From: Haplodiscus bocki
Taxonomy: Eukaryota
Length of the DNA: 64,000 bases
Reading direction: 5' to 3'
NCBI GenBank assembly: GCA_965655095.1
Contig: OZ296652.1
Location: 116,002,001 to 116,066,000 of the forward strand
In this document: positions 36,201 through 48,703 of the stretch, piece after piece
Position numbering within the stretch: position 1 is the first letter of the stretch
Layout of the letters: each line of letters begins with the position of its first letter
The notes under the pieces: model-generated
Databases searched by the model: none
What the model saw: the letters and a program-made list of their open reading frames with translations, nothing else
What the model was told of the DNA's origin: nothing
Translations under genes and position numbers: made by a program

Positions 36201-39200
36201 TGAAAAACATTGAAAAGACAAGACGGAAATTGGAAGTTGGAGACTTCCTAAGAACAATCACAGTAAGTAGAGCTTTCTCTGATGGATATATCGACGCGTA
36301 GGGTGGTAGTCAAAGTAATGATGTTTTCGATTGAATTCCTGTTGGCATTACACCATGTACTACTGGACCCAATTCCCTGGCATGGGACACGGATTATAAT
36401 ACAAATGATTTTGATCAAGCATATGGAGGTTTTGTTCCTTTATTTAGATGCTATACAAAAGATGACTGCCCTTTACATACATATCGTACCATGCTGTCAA
36501 AAAATATTTCCATTATCAGTAAGTTATCAGGAAAAAGTTTTATTTACGCTCAAATGACTTTAGACTGAAACGCTTTTGTGCATTTTAGAACACAAGACAG
36601 TTTTGCCACTGAATGCTATATTGCTGATGTTGTCAATTTGTTGAATCTTTTTTTGTCAGTCACTTGTGATAGAAAATGGTTCATTTCACTTCAAAAAGTT
36701 TACAGCAAGGTTTTGTATTCTTTCACATGGGATTTTCAAGAAAATCAAATTTAGACATTGTTGTCTAGCCATTATGTGTGAAAAATTTCTCCAATTAAAC
36801 AGTTATTACATTTTCAATGCTTGGTTCATTTTCTGCTTGCTCTGGTGAGTGCTTTTGGTCGTTTTTCAGTTGAAGAAGGAATTTTTTAGGAATAGGTAGT
36901 TGTATTCAAAGCAAATAAACATGCTGGCCAAGCAAAATCGCTAATCGGTTGTTTCGACCTTGAGTTGTCAAAATACTTTCCTGTATCTGGAGAGTATATT
37001 CGAATTGGATGTTTTGGTACAATTGATCACTTGGCCTTTAAAAAAACTAATACAAATATCCATCTCCAAACAAAAAATTGTTCCTATGCTAAAAAAATCT
37101 GTTTCTGTGTTTTTCCAAAGCTTACACCACGAAAAAGTTTTACAAATAGGATGACAGATTTTGAAGTTAGTCTAGACAGAAAAAATTATAATTGGTGTTA
37201 TTAAGTTAGCGGTTAAAAAACAATTTCCAATGGAATACGTCCAGTCCCACTATGTTTTTCGAAACGGGAGTGCAAGTGGGGTTGATGAACTGTCATCACT
37301 AGAAAAAAAACAATCCTATGATTCTTTTTTCAACAGAATTGAAACCAATCAAGGCTCCAACATTGCTGTTTGACTAAGAAAGATTTTTTAAAAGAATAAT
37401 CTGAACAGTTTTTTAAAAAAAGACGAAAAATTGAAGTTGTAGACTTTCTAAAAACTATCACAATAAGTAATGCTTTTTCTGATGGATATACTGACATGTA
37501 GACTGAAAATCAAAGTAATGATGTTTTCGATTGAGTTCCTGTAGGGAATACACAATGTACTCGAGAATACAATTTGCTGGCAGTGAAAACTGATTTTTTA
37601 CACTTGATTTTGCTCGAGCATATGGAGTTTTTGTTCCTTTATTCAGAAGCAATGCAGAAGATGACATCCTCAAACACACATATCTCAACATGTTTTTGAT
37701 AATATCGATGAAATTCCGCAAGGGTTTACAAATTGTAGTAGAAGGTGCGATTTGCTGACAGTGGACACTGATTATATTACAGATGATTCTGATCAAGCAC
37801 ATGGAGATTTTGTTCCTTTACTGAAATGCTCTGCCGAAAACAGTTTTTTACTTACAAATCCGCACATGAGGTTACAATTAGGTTTTTTTTTCCGTAGGGC
37901 ATCGGAAACAAGCTTGCTTCAGCTCAATCGGTAAAAGTGTGGTTCAAGTTTGGATCAAATCGAGATGTTCCTACTGACAACTGTGTTGCCTATGTTGTCC
38001 TTTAATTGAGCCTTTCATTGTCTAAAACTTCTGATGGCCAACTACATTCTGTTTCAATCTGATTGCTTGTTTCCCCATTGTACACCTTCAATGTTTGTGA
38101 AGGTTCTCATCTTCAGAAGTGTTTAGATCAAGGTTTGTTATTTTTTCACAAAGGGGTATCCTTTCCAAGGACATAAAGATTTTGAAGCTTCAATATCTTC
38201 CGATAAACAGACAGCTGTTACATTCTCAACGCCTGGATTAACTTGTGGTTGCTTCAGTAACGGCTCCTGCCATTTTTTTTCAGTAGAAGGACCAATTTGA
38301 TTTGAACAGGCTGTGGAACCCATTGCAAATAGTTCTGGTGTTCGAACAAAGTCGGTAACCTTTTGTCTTGACGTTGAGTTTTCAAACTAGTTTTTTAAGG
38401 TTGGAGATTAGATTTGAGTCGCACGATCTAAGGAGACTGGTCCCTAGACTGGTATGAAGACCATTGTCATTGTGCATCTCATGACAAAAAATTGTTTTTT
38501 GGGCCAAAAAATCAGTTTTTGTGTTTTTGCAAAAGATTTCACGAAAAAAACTCTGTACAAATCTTCAACTAAATTTTCAAAATTTTAAAGTAGTTTTGAT
38601 TGAAAAAAATGAAAGTTTTGTATTTTATATAGTTGGTATAAACACCTCTTTCAGAAGAATATACGTGCAATTCCACTATTTTTTTCAACTTTGTATAGGT
38701 GGTAAAGCAATTTTTGACCACGAAATTCATCAGGAAAGTTGAAAACATGAAATGAAAAAATATGATACAAAAAGTGTGTTGGAAAAACTGACAAAACTTT
38801 GAGTTCATTTTTTTCATTTTTATGATTGAAAAAACAGTCCAAAAGAACGGAGGGCGTAGACAAATTTTGGTTTCGATTGATAATTTTAGTAATGTTTTTT
38901 TTCGGAATACCATCAAAAAGCGAAAGCAGCCGAATGATGAAAGTCTACTTAAAAATTTCTCTCAAGCCTTCAAACATTAAACCAATTCTATTTGAGACAA
39001 ATACTGAAGAAGAACTGAAGTAGTAACATTTTGCAGATTGGCCAAAGAGAAGGGGTAACGGAAGATATAATAGACATAAGTCTTAAGGAAAATTCTCCGC
39101 AGAAAAAATTAAAAGAACTGTTTGTAGTTTATTGCAGGGGCCAGTTTTTAAAAACGGGAGTCCAGTTGGGTTGATGAACTATCATCACTAGAAAAAAAAC

Positions 39201-42200
39201 AATCCTAGTATCTTGTTCGCAACAGAACTGACAACAATCAAGACTCCAATAACGTTGTTTGAATAACCAAAACAGAAAAAGACACTTTGAGCAACTTTCC
39301 AAAAAGAAGACGGTTATTGGAAGATGCAGATGTTTCTATGATCAATCCCCAGAAGCAATGCGTTTACTGATGGATATACTGTTTTTTGGGGTGGAAATCA
39401 AAGTGTTGATTTTTTTCGATAGAGTTTCTTTAGTGACTAAACAATGTACTAGACGACCCGATTGCCTGGCAGTGGACACTGATTATATTACAGATAAATT
39501 TGATCAAGCATATGGAGATTTTGTTCAACAGTTCAGATGGAAGATGGAATGCAGAAAGAGGCCTTTTTTAAACATCCATACCTCAACATACTAATATTGG
39601 TGTTTTCGATACAGTTCTAATAGGTATTACACAAGGTACTAGATGATCGGATTTCCTGGCAGTGGACACGGCTTAGAGTACAAGTGAATTCGATCAGTCA
39701 TATGGAGTTTTTCTCCCTTTACTGATACGCTGTGACAAAGATGATTTCTTTTACATACAAATCCAAACACGAGGCCAGAAAAAAGTTTTTTAATCCATAG
39801 GGCATCAGAGACAAGCTTGCTTCAGCTCAACCGAGAAAAGTGGGGTTCAAATTTAGATCACATGAAGAGGTTCTTACTGATAACTTTGTTGCTTGTTTTG
39901 TCAATTCATTACACCTTTCATTGTCTAATACAATACTGCTCTTGGACAACTACAGTTTTATTCAACCTGACCGCCTATTTCCCCATTGTACACTTTTATT
40001 ATTTGTAATGATGTTGCATTAAGAAGAGTTTAGAGCAAGGTCTGGTGTTTTTCCACAAAAAAAACATTCAAGAGTACCATTGCCAAGTACATAATTATCT
40101 TGAAGCTCAATCTATTCAAATTATTTTTATGAACAGACAGTTGTTACATTCCAAGCGTGGTTTGAATTCTGGTTGCTTCAAAAACTGCACTTGTCATTTT
40201 TTCCTCAGTTGAAGGACAAATTTAATTTGAATATGTCGTTGATCGCAATGCAAATATTTCTGGTGTCCAAACAGAATCGATAATCGTTTGCTTCAGCGTT
40301 CAGTTTCCAAAAATCAGTTTTTGTGTTTTTCCAAAACCCTTCATGACGAAAACATTTTACAAGGAATATAAATAGATTTTCAAGTTTTTTTTGAAACAAA
40401 AAATTAGGTTTGGTGTCTTCAGATTGGCGGAAGAAAAACTTCTTTCATTATGAAATACGTCTAATCCCCCTATACTTTTTTTAACTTTCGTTAGGTGCGA
40501 ATACACATTTCGACTGCTACATTCATCAAGAAAGTTCCAAACATGAAAAGAAAATGTATGATACAAAAATTTGTGTTTGAAATACAAACAGAATTTTGAG
40601 TTCAATTCTAATAATTATGAGTGAAAAGACAGTCCGAAATAAGAGAGGGCGTAGATGTTTTTCACGTTCCATTGATAAGTTGAGTAATGTTTATTCGGAA
40701 AACCATCAAAAAACGAAAGCAGCCAAATGATGAACGTCTACTTCGATATTAATCTCATATCCTCAAACATTAAACTATGTCTATTTGAGACAAATGCTGC
40801 AGAAGAACTTACGTAGTATTTTTTTGCAGATTTGCTGCAGAGAACGGGTGACGTATGATAAAGTAGACAAAAATCTAAATGAAATGTCTTCGCAGAAAAA
40901 GTTACCTAACTGTTTGTAATTTATTGAAAGGGCCAGTTTTTAAAAACGGGAGTTCAAGTTGGGTTGCTGAAATATCATCACTAGAAAAAAAACAAGCGGG
41001 TTGTCCTTTTTTCAACAAAATTGACACCAATCAAGGCTTCAATAGTGCTGTTTGAATATTAACAAATTTAGAAAAAAACGTTATGAACAATTTTAAACGA
41101 AGAAGACGAAAAATGGAAGTTGTAGACTTTCTAAGAACAATCGCAAAAAGTAATGATTTTTCTGATGGATATACTGACCTGTAGGCTGGAAAAAAAGTGA
41201 CGATGTTTTCCATAGAAATCCTGTTGGGATTACACAATGTACTCGAGGGTCCGATTTGCTGGCAGTGGACACTGTTTAATGTACAATTGAATTCGATCAA
41301 TCGTATGAAGATTTTCTTCCTTTACTTTGGTGCTATGCGAAAATTGTCTTCGTTTTGCACACAAATCCGAACACGAGGTTAGAAATAGGTTTTTTCAGTG
41401 AGTTTCAAGTTGAGTTCACATGAAGTTCACTGCTACTGACATTCAATTTGTTTATGTTGCCAATTTATTGAACTTTTTTCTGTCTATTACTTCTGATGGA
41501 CAATTACAACTAGTTTCACTCGAACTGCTTGTTACCCCATGTACACGTTCAAGATTTGTATTTTTTTTATCTTCCAAAGAGTTTACAGCAAGGTTTCGTG
41601 TTTTTTTTCACAAAAGACCAATCAAGAATATCATTTCTAGGAACATAGTTGTCTTGAACATCAATGTATTCAATTTCTCCTTAAAAACAGACAGTTGTTA
41701 CAATCTCAACGCCTGGTTCGACTTGTGGTTGCTTCAGTAACTGCTCGTATCATTTTCTTCTTAGTTGAAGGACAAATCTTCTTTGAATAGGCCGTTGATC
41801 CCATTGAAAGTATTTCTGGTGTCAAAACAAAATCGGTAATCGTTTGTCAAAGAACGTCTAAATTTGATGAAAATGTATCATGCAAAAAAAACAGGGTTAA
41901 AAATTCTGATGACAATACTTTGAGTTCGAATTTTATAAGTACGATTGAAAACAAAGTACGAAATAAAAGAGGGCGTAGTTAAGTTTCAGTTTTGATTGAT
42001 AAGTTTAGTAATGCTGTTTTGGAACACCATTAAAAAACAAAAGCGGTCGAAAGAACAAAGTCTCCATCAATTTCATTCCCATCGTCTTAATCATAAAACC
42101 GCGTCTATTTGAGACAGATGCTAAAGAAGAATTTACGTGGTAATTTTTTGGAGATTTCTTAAGGAGTACAAGTAATGGAAGTAGACATAGTACACTTATA

Positions 42201-45200
42201 GCAGACATAAACCAAAGGAACAGTTTCCGGAGAAAAAACTAACAGAAATATTCGTAGATTAATTGAAGAGCCAGTTTTAAAAATTGGGAGTGCATGTTGG
42301 GTTGATGAACTCTCATCACTACAAAAAACTTAATACAAAAAATTTATCTTTTTTTTTCAACAAAGTTGTCTCCAATCAAGTCTCCAATAAAATTGCTCGT
42401 ATGCCAACAAACTATGAGAAAAAATTTCATGAAAAACCTTGAAAAGACAAGACGGAAATTGGAAGTTGGAGACTTCCTAAGAACAATCACAGTAAGTAGA
42501 GCTTTCTCTGATGGATATATCGACGCGTAGGGTGGTAGTCAAAGTAATGATGTTTTCGATTGAATTCCTGTTGGCATTACACCATGTACTACTGGACCCA
42601 ATTCCCTGGCATGGGACACGGATTATAATACAAATGATTTTGATCAAGCATATGGAGGTTTTGTTCCTTTATTCAGATGCTATACAAAAGATGACTGCCC
42701 TTTACATACATATCGTACCATGCTGTCAAAAAATATTTCCATTATCAGTAAGTTATCAGAAAAAAGTTTTATTTACGCTCAATTGACTTTAGACTGCAAC
42801 GCTTTTGTGCATTTTAGAACACAAGACAGTTTTGCCACTGAAAGCTATTTTGCTGATGTTGTCAATTTGTTGAATCTTTTTTTGTCAGTGACTTGTGATA
42901 GAAAATGGTTCTTTTCACTTCAAAAAGTTCACAGCAAGGTTTTGTATTCTTTCACATGGGATTTTCAAGATAATCAAATTTAGACATTGTTGTCTAGCCA
43001 TTATGTGTGAAAAATTTCTCCAATTAAACAGTTATTACATTTTCATTGCTTGGTTCATTTTCTGCTTGCTCTGGTGAGTGCTTTTGGTCGTTTTTCAGTT
43101 GAAGAAGGAATTTTTTAGGAATAATTAGTTGTATTCAAAGCAAATAAACATGCTGGCCAAGCAAAACTGCTAATCGGTTGTTTCGACCTTGAGTTGTCAA
43201 ATTACTTTCCTGCATCAGGAGAGTAGATTCGAATTGGATGTTTCGGTACAATTGATCACTTGGCCTTTAAAAAAACTAATACAAATATCCATCCCCAAAC
43301 AAAAAATTGTTCCTATACTAAAAAAATCTGTTTCTGTGTTTTCCCAAAGCTTACACCAAGAAAAATTTTTACAAATAGGATGACAGATTTTGAAGTTAGC
43401 CTAGACAGAAAAAATTATATTTGGTGTTATTAAGTTTGCGTTTAAAAAACAATTTTCAATGGAATACGTCCAGTTCCACTATGTTTTTCGAAACGGGAGT
43501 GCAAGTGGGGTTGATGAACTGTCATCACTAGAAAAAAAACAATCTTATGATTCTTTTTTCAACAGAATTGAAACCAATCAAGGCTCCAATATTGCTGTTT
43601 GACTAAGAAAGATTTTTTAAAAGAATAATCTGAACAGTTTTTTAAAAAAAGACGAAAAATTGAAGTTGTAGACTTTCTAAAAACTATCACAATAAGTAAT
43701 GCTTTTTCTGATGGATATACTGACATGTAGACTGAAAATCAAAGTAATGATGTTTTCGATTGAGTTCCTGTAGGGAATACACAATGTACTCGAGAATACG
43801 ATTTGCTGGCAGTGAAAACTGATTTTTTACACTTGATTTTGCTCGAGCATATGGAGTTTTTGTTCCTTTATTCAGAAGCAATGCAGAAGATGACATCCTC
43901 AAACACACATATCTCAACATGTTTTTGATAATATCGATGAAATTCCGCAAGGGTTTACAAATTGTAGTAGAAGGTGCGATTTGCTGACAGTGGACACTGA
44001 TTATATTACAGATGATTCTGATCAAGCACATGGAGATTTTGTTCCTTTACTGAAATGCTCTGCCGAAAACAGTTTTTTACTTACAAATCCGCACATGAGG
44101 TTACAATTAGGTTTTTTTTCCGTAGGGCATCGGAAACAAGCTTGCTTCAGCTCAATCGGTAAAAGTGTGGTTCAAGTTTGGATCAAATCGAGATGTTCCT
44201 ACTGACAACTGTGTTGCCTATGTTGTCCTTTAATTGAGCCTTTCATTGTCTAAAACTTCTGATGGCCAACTACATTCTGTTTCAATCTGATTGCTTGTTT
44301 CCCCATTGTACACCTTCAATGTTTGTGAAGGTTCTCATCTTCAGAAGTGTTTAGATCAAAGTTTGTTATTTTTTCACAAAGGGGTATCCTTTCCAAGGAC
44401 ATAAAGATTTTGAAGCTTCAATATCTTCCAATAAACAGACAGCTGTTACATTCTCAACGCCTGGATTAACTTGTGGTTGCTTCAGTAACGTCTCGTGCCA
44501 TTTTTTTTCAGTAGAAGGACCAATTTGATTTGAACAGGCTGTGGAACCCATTGCAAATAGTTCTGGTGTTCGAACAAAGTCGGTAACCTTTTGTCTTGAC
44601 GTTGAGTTTTCAAACTAGTTTTTTAAGGTTGGAGATTAGATTTGAGTCGCACGATCTAAGGAGACTGGTCCCTAGACTGGTATGAAGACCATTGTCATTG
44701 TGCATCTCATGACAAAAAATTGTTTTTTGGGCCAAAAAATCAGTTTTTGTGTTTTTGCAAAAGATTTCACGAAAAAAACTCTGTACAAATCTTCAACTAA
44801 ATTTTCAAACTTTTAAAGTAGTTTTGTGATGAAAGAAATGAAAGTTTTGTATTTTAATTAGTGGGTATAAACACCTCTTTCAGAATAATATACGTGCAAT
44901 TCCACTATTTTTTTCAACTTTGTATAGGTGGTAAAACAATTTTTGACCACGAAATTCATCAGGAAAAATGAAAACATGAAAAGAAAATATATGATACAAA
45001 AAGTGTGTTGGAAAGACTGACAAAAATTTGAGTTATATTTTTCAATTTTATGATTGAAAAAACAGTCCAAAAGAACGGACGGCGTAGATAAATTTTGATT
45101 TCGATTGATAATTTTAGTAATGTTTTTTTTCGGAATACCATCAAAAAGCGAAAGCAGCCGAATGATGAAAGTCTAACTCAATATTTCTCTCAACCCTTCA

Positions 45201-48055
45201 AACAATAAACCTATTCTATTTGAGACAAATGCTGAAGAAGAACTGAAGGAGTAACATTTTGCAGAATTGCTAAAGAGAACGGGTAACGGAAGATATAGTA
45301 GACATAATTCTTAAGGAAAACTCTTCGCAGAAAAAATTAAAAGAACTGTTTGTAGTTTATTGCAGGGGCCAGTTTTTAAAAACGGGAGTCCAGTTGGGTT
45401 GATGAACTATCATCACTAGAAAAAAAACAATCGTAGTATCTTGTTCGCAACAGAACTGACAACAATCAAGACTCCAATAACGTTGTTTGAATTAGCAAAA
45501 CAGAAAAAGACACTTTGAGCAACTTTCCAAATAGAAGACGGTTATTGGAAGATGCAGATGTTTCTATGATCAATCCCCAGAAGCAATGCGTTTACTGATG
45601 GATGTACTGTTATTTGGGGTGGAAATCAAAGTGTTGATTTTTTCGATAGAGTTTCTTTTGTAACTAAACAATGTACTAGACGATCCGATTGCCTGGCAGA
45701 GGACACTGACATTATTACAGATAAATTTGATCAAGCATATGGAGATTTTGTTCAACAGTTCAGATGGAATGCAGAAAAAGGCATCCTTAAACATCCATAC
45801 CTCAACATACTAATATTGGCGTTTTCGATACAGTTCTAATAAGTATTACACAAGGTACTAGGTGATCGGATTTCCTGGCAGTGGACACGGCTTAGAGTAC
45901 AAGTCAATTCGATCAGTCATATGGAGTTTTTCTCCCTTTACTGATACGCTGTGACAAAGATGATTTCTTTGACATACAAATCCAAACACGAGGCCAGAAA
46001 AAGTTTTTTAATCCGTAGGGCATCAGAGACAAGCTTGCTTCAGCTCAACCGAGAAAAGTGGGGTTCAAATTTAGATCACATGAAGAGGTTCTTACTGATA
46101 ACTTTGTTGCTTGTTTTGTCAATTCATTACACCTTTCATTGTCTAATACAATACTGCTCTTGGACAACTACAGTTTTATTCAACCTGACCGCCTATTTCC
46201 CCATTGTACACTTTTAATATTTGTAATGATGTTGCATTAAGAAGAGTTTAGAGCAAGGTCTGGTGTTTTTCCACAAAAAAAACATTCAAGAGTAACATTG
46301 CCAAGTGTATATTTATCTTGAAGCTCAATCTATTCAAATTCTTTTTATGAACAGACAGTTGTTACATTCCAAGCGTGGTTTGAATTCTGGTTGCTTCAAA
46401 AACTGCACTTGTCATTTTTTCCTCAGTTGAAGGACAAATTTAATTTGAATAGGTCGTTGATCGCAATGCAAATATTTCTGGTGTCCAAAAAAATTGGTAA
46501 CCGTCTGTCTCGACGTTGAGTTACCGAACACGTTTCTGTTCGGAGAGTAGATTCGTCTCGCATGATTTAAAGAGACTGGTCCCTAGACTGGGAAGAAAAC
46601 CGTTATCAATGTCCATCTGATAGCAAAAAGTTGTTTTTAAGCCGAGAAATCAAGTTTTGTGTTTTTCCAAAATCTTCCACGAAAAAAACACTTCACAAAT
46701 TTTTAAATAGATTTTTAGACTTTGAAGTAGTTTTGAATAAAAAACAAAAAGTTTTGTCTATAAACTAGCGGTATTAAAAACCTGTTCCAAAAAAATAAAC
46801 GTCTAATCTCACTTTATTTCTCAACTTTCTAGAGGTTGTAAAGCATTTTTGACGGGAAAATTTGCCGGAGAAGTTCCGAATATGAGAAGAAAATCTATGG
46901 TACCTGAAAAAATATTTGAAATACTGACAATACTTTGAGTTCAATTTTTTAATACTTAGGATTGAAAGGACAGACCGAAACAATAGAGGGCGTAGATGAT
47001 TTTCAGTTTCCATTTATAATTTTAGTAAAATTTAATCGGAATACAATCACAAAACGGAAGCAGCCAACTGACGAACGTCTTGTTCGATACTATTCTGATC
47101 CCGTCAAAAACTAAACCATGTCTCTTTGAGATAAATGCTCGAGAAGAACTTTAGTAGTTTTTTGAAGATTTGCTAAAGAGAACAGGAAACGGAAGATATA
47201 GTAGAAATAAATCTTAAGGAAAATTCTTGGCAGAAAAAAACAACAGAACTGTTTGTAGTTTACTGAAGGGGCCAGTTTTTAAAAACAGGAGTCCAGGTTG
47301 GGTTGATGAACTATCTTCACTAGAAAAAAAACAAACGTAGTTTGTTGTTCACAACAGGTTTGAGAGCAATCAAGGCTCCAATAACGTTGTTTAAATAACC
47401 ACAAAAAGAGAAAAAGACACTTGGAACAACTTTCAGAAAAGAAGACTTGCAGACTTTCCATGAACAATCAGTAGAAGCCTTGCGTTTTTCATGAATATAC
47501 TGATATGTGTGATGGACGTCAAGGTGTTGATTTTTTCGATAGAGTTTCTTTAGGGACTAAACAATGTACTAGACGATCCGATTGCCTGGCAGTGGACACT
47601 GATTTTATTACAGATAAGTTTAAAAAAGCATATGGAAATTTTGTTCAATAGTTCAGATGGAATGCAGAAAAAGGCATCCTTAAACAACCATACCTCAACA
47701 TACTAGTATTGGTGTTTTCGATACAGTTCTAATAGGTGTGACACAAGGTATTAGATGATCGGATTTCCTGGCAGTGGACACTGATTAGAGTTCAGATGAA
47801 CACGATCAATCATATGGAGATTTTCTCCCTTTACTGATATGCTGTGCCAAAGATGACTTCCTTTACATACAAATCCCGAACACGAAGTCAGAATTAGGTT
47901 TTTTTATCCGTAGAGCATCAGAAACGAACTGGCTTCAGCTCAACCGAGAGAAGTGCGGTTCACGCTTAGATCACATTAAGAGGTTCTTACTGATAACTAT
48001 GTTGCTTGTTTTGTCAGTTAATTAATTCTTTCATTGTCTAATACTTCTCATGGAA

Positions 48056-48370
48056 GTAGTGTACACAAAAGCATATGACACCAGCCGTGCAGGCCGCAGC
48101 CTCACTCAACCCCACACCAACAACAGCATCATATTATTACAAATCACAAGGTGAATAAATTTACAATAATAAATAATCAAAGGAATAATAATATTTTAAA
48201 ATACTCAAATAATTGAATAAAGGTATACAATAGTTCTCATATAATTCAACAAAATATAATAATAAATAAACTCACCTTGTGATTTGTAATATTATGATGC
48301 TGTTGTTGGTGTGGGGTTTTATGAGGCTGCGATCTGCGCGGCTGGTGTCATATGCTTTTTTGTACACTAC
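48056..48370. repeat. Terminal fold-back: 99-bp inverted repeat around a ~117-bp AT-rich spacer
   Basis: 48056-48154 (GTAGTGTACACAAAAGCATATGACACCAGCCG...CACAAGGTGA) is the reverse complement of 48272-48370 with few mismatches. Confidence 0.95.
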
Positions 48371-48379
48371 CAACTTACT

Positions 48380-48550
48380 CATTATCATTGTCGTTGTTGT
48401 CGTTATTGTCGTTGTCGTTATCGTTGTCATTATTATCGTTGTCGTTGTTGTTATTATCGTTGTTATTGTAGTTACCGTTATCGTTATTGTCATTGTCGTT
48501 GTTGTTATTACCATCATCATCATCATTGTTATTGTCGTTGTCGTTGTCAT
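48380..48550. repeat. Compound (RTY)n microsatellite (GTT/GTC/ATT/ATC)
   Basis: Low-complexity triplet run that produces spurious poly-V/I, T, CRY and N/D ORFs. Confidence 0.93.
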
Positions 48551-48703
48551 GAAAGTATACGATCATGTTGAAATAGAAGATTTCTTCTTATTTGATAATG
48601 TTCTTTCTTTCTCCTCATAATACAAACTTTTTAGTTTTGTCATTTTTTTGATGTGTCTAGTCTTTTCAAAGGATTCTTTTAATTTTACAACCATTTAATA
48701 TTA

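Larger units (their letters stand above)
23440..48054 (+). repeat. Higher-order tandem array of Polinton-derived monomers, order A B C D A' E A B C D A B C D E
   Basis: Monomer anchors (TTTGAGAYARAT; GAAACGGGAGTGC for type C) at 24754, 26079, 27458, 29187, 30978, 32889, 34556, 35881, 37261, 38991, 40784, 42108, 43490, 45219 and 47125. Same-type offsets are 9802-9804 and 6227-6229 bp. Near-identical ORFs recur (25001/34803/41031; 27654/37458/43687). Confidence 0.95.

Noticed and set aside
23440-48054. CRISPR array, or functional genes among the many recurring 60-115 aa ORFs
   Set aside because: No short repeat/unique spacer structure and no cas genes. The ORFs are mostly off-frame or antisense shadows of pseudogenised viral genes and recur only because the DNA is repeated.
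48272-48620. Four overlapping low-complexity ORFs (poly-T, V/I, CRY, N/D)
   Set aside because: Artefacts of the triplet microsatellite.
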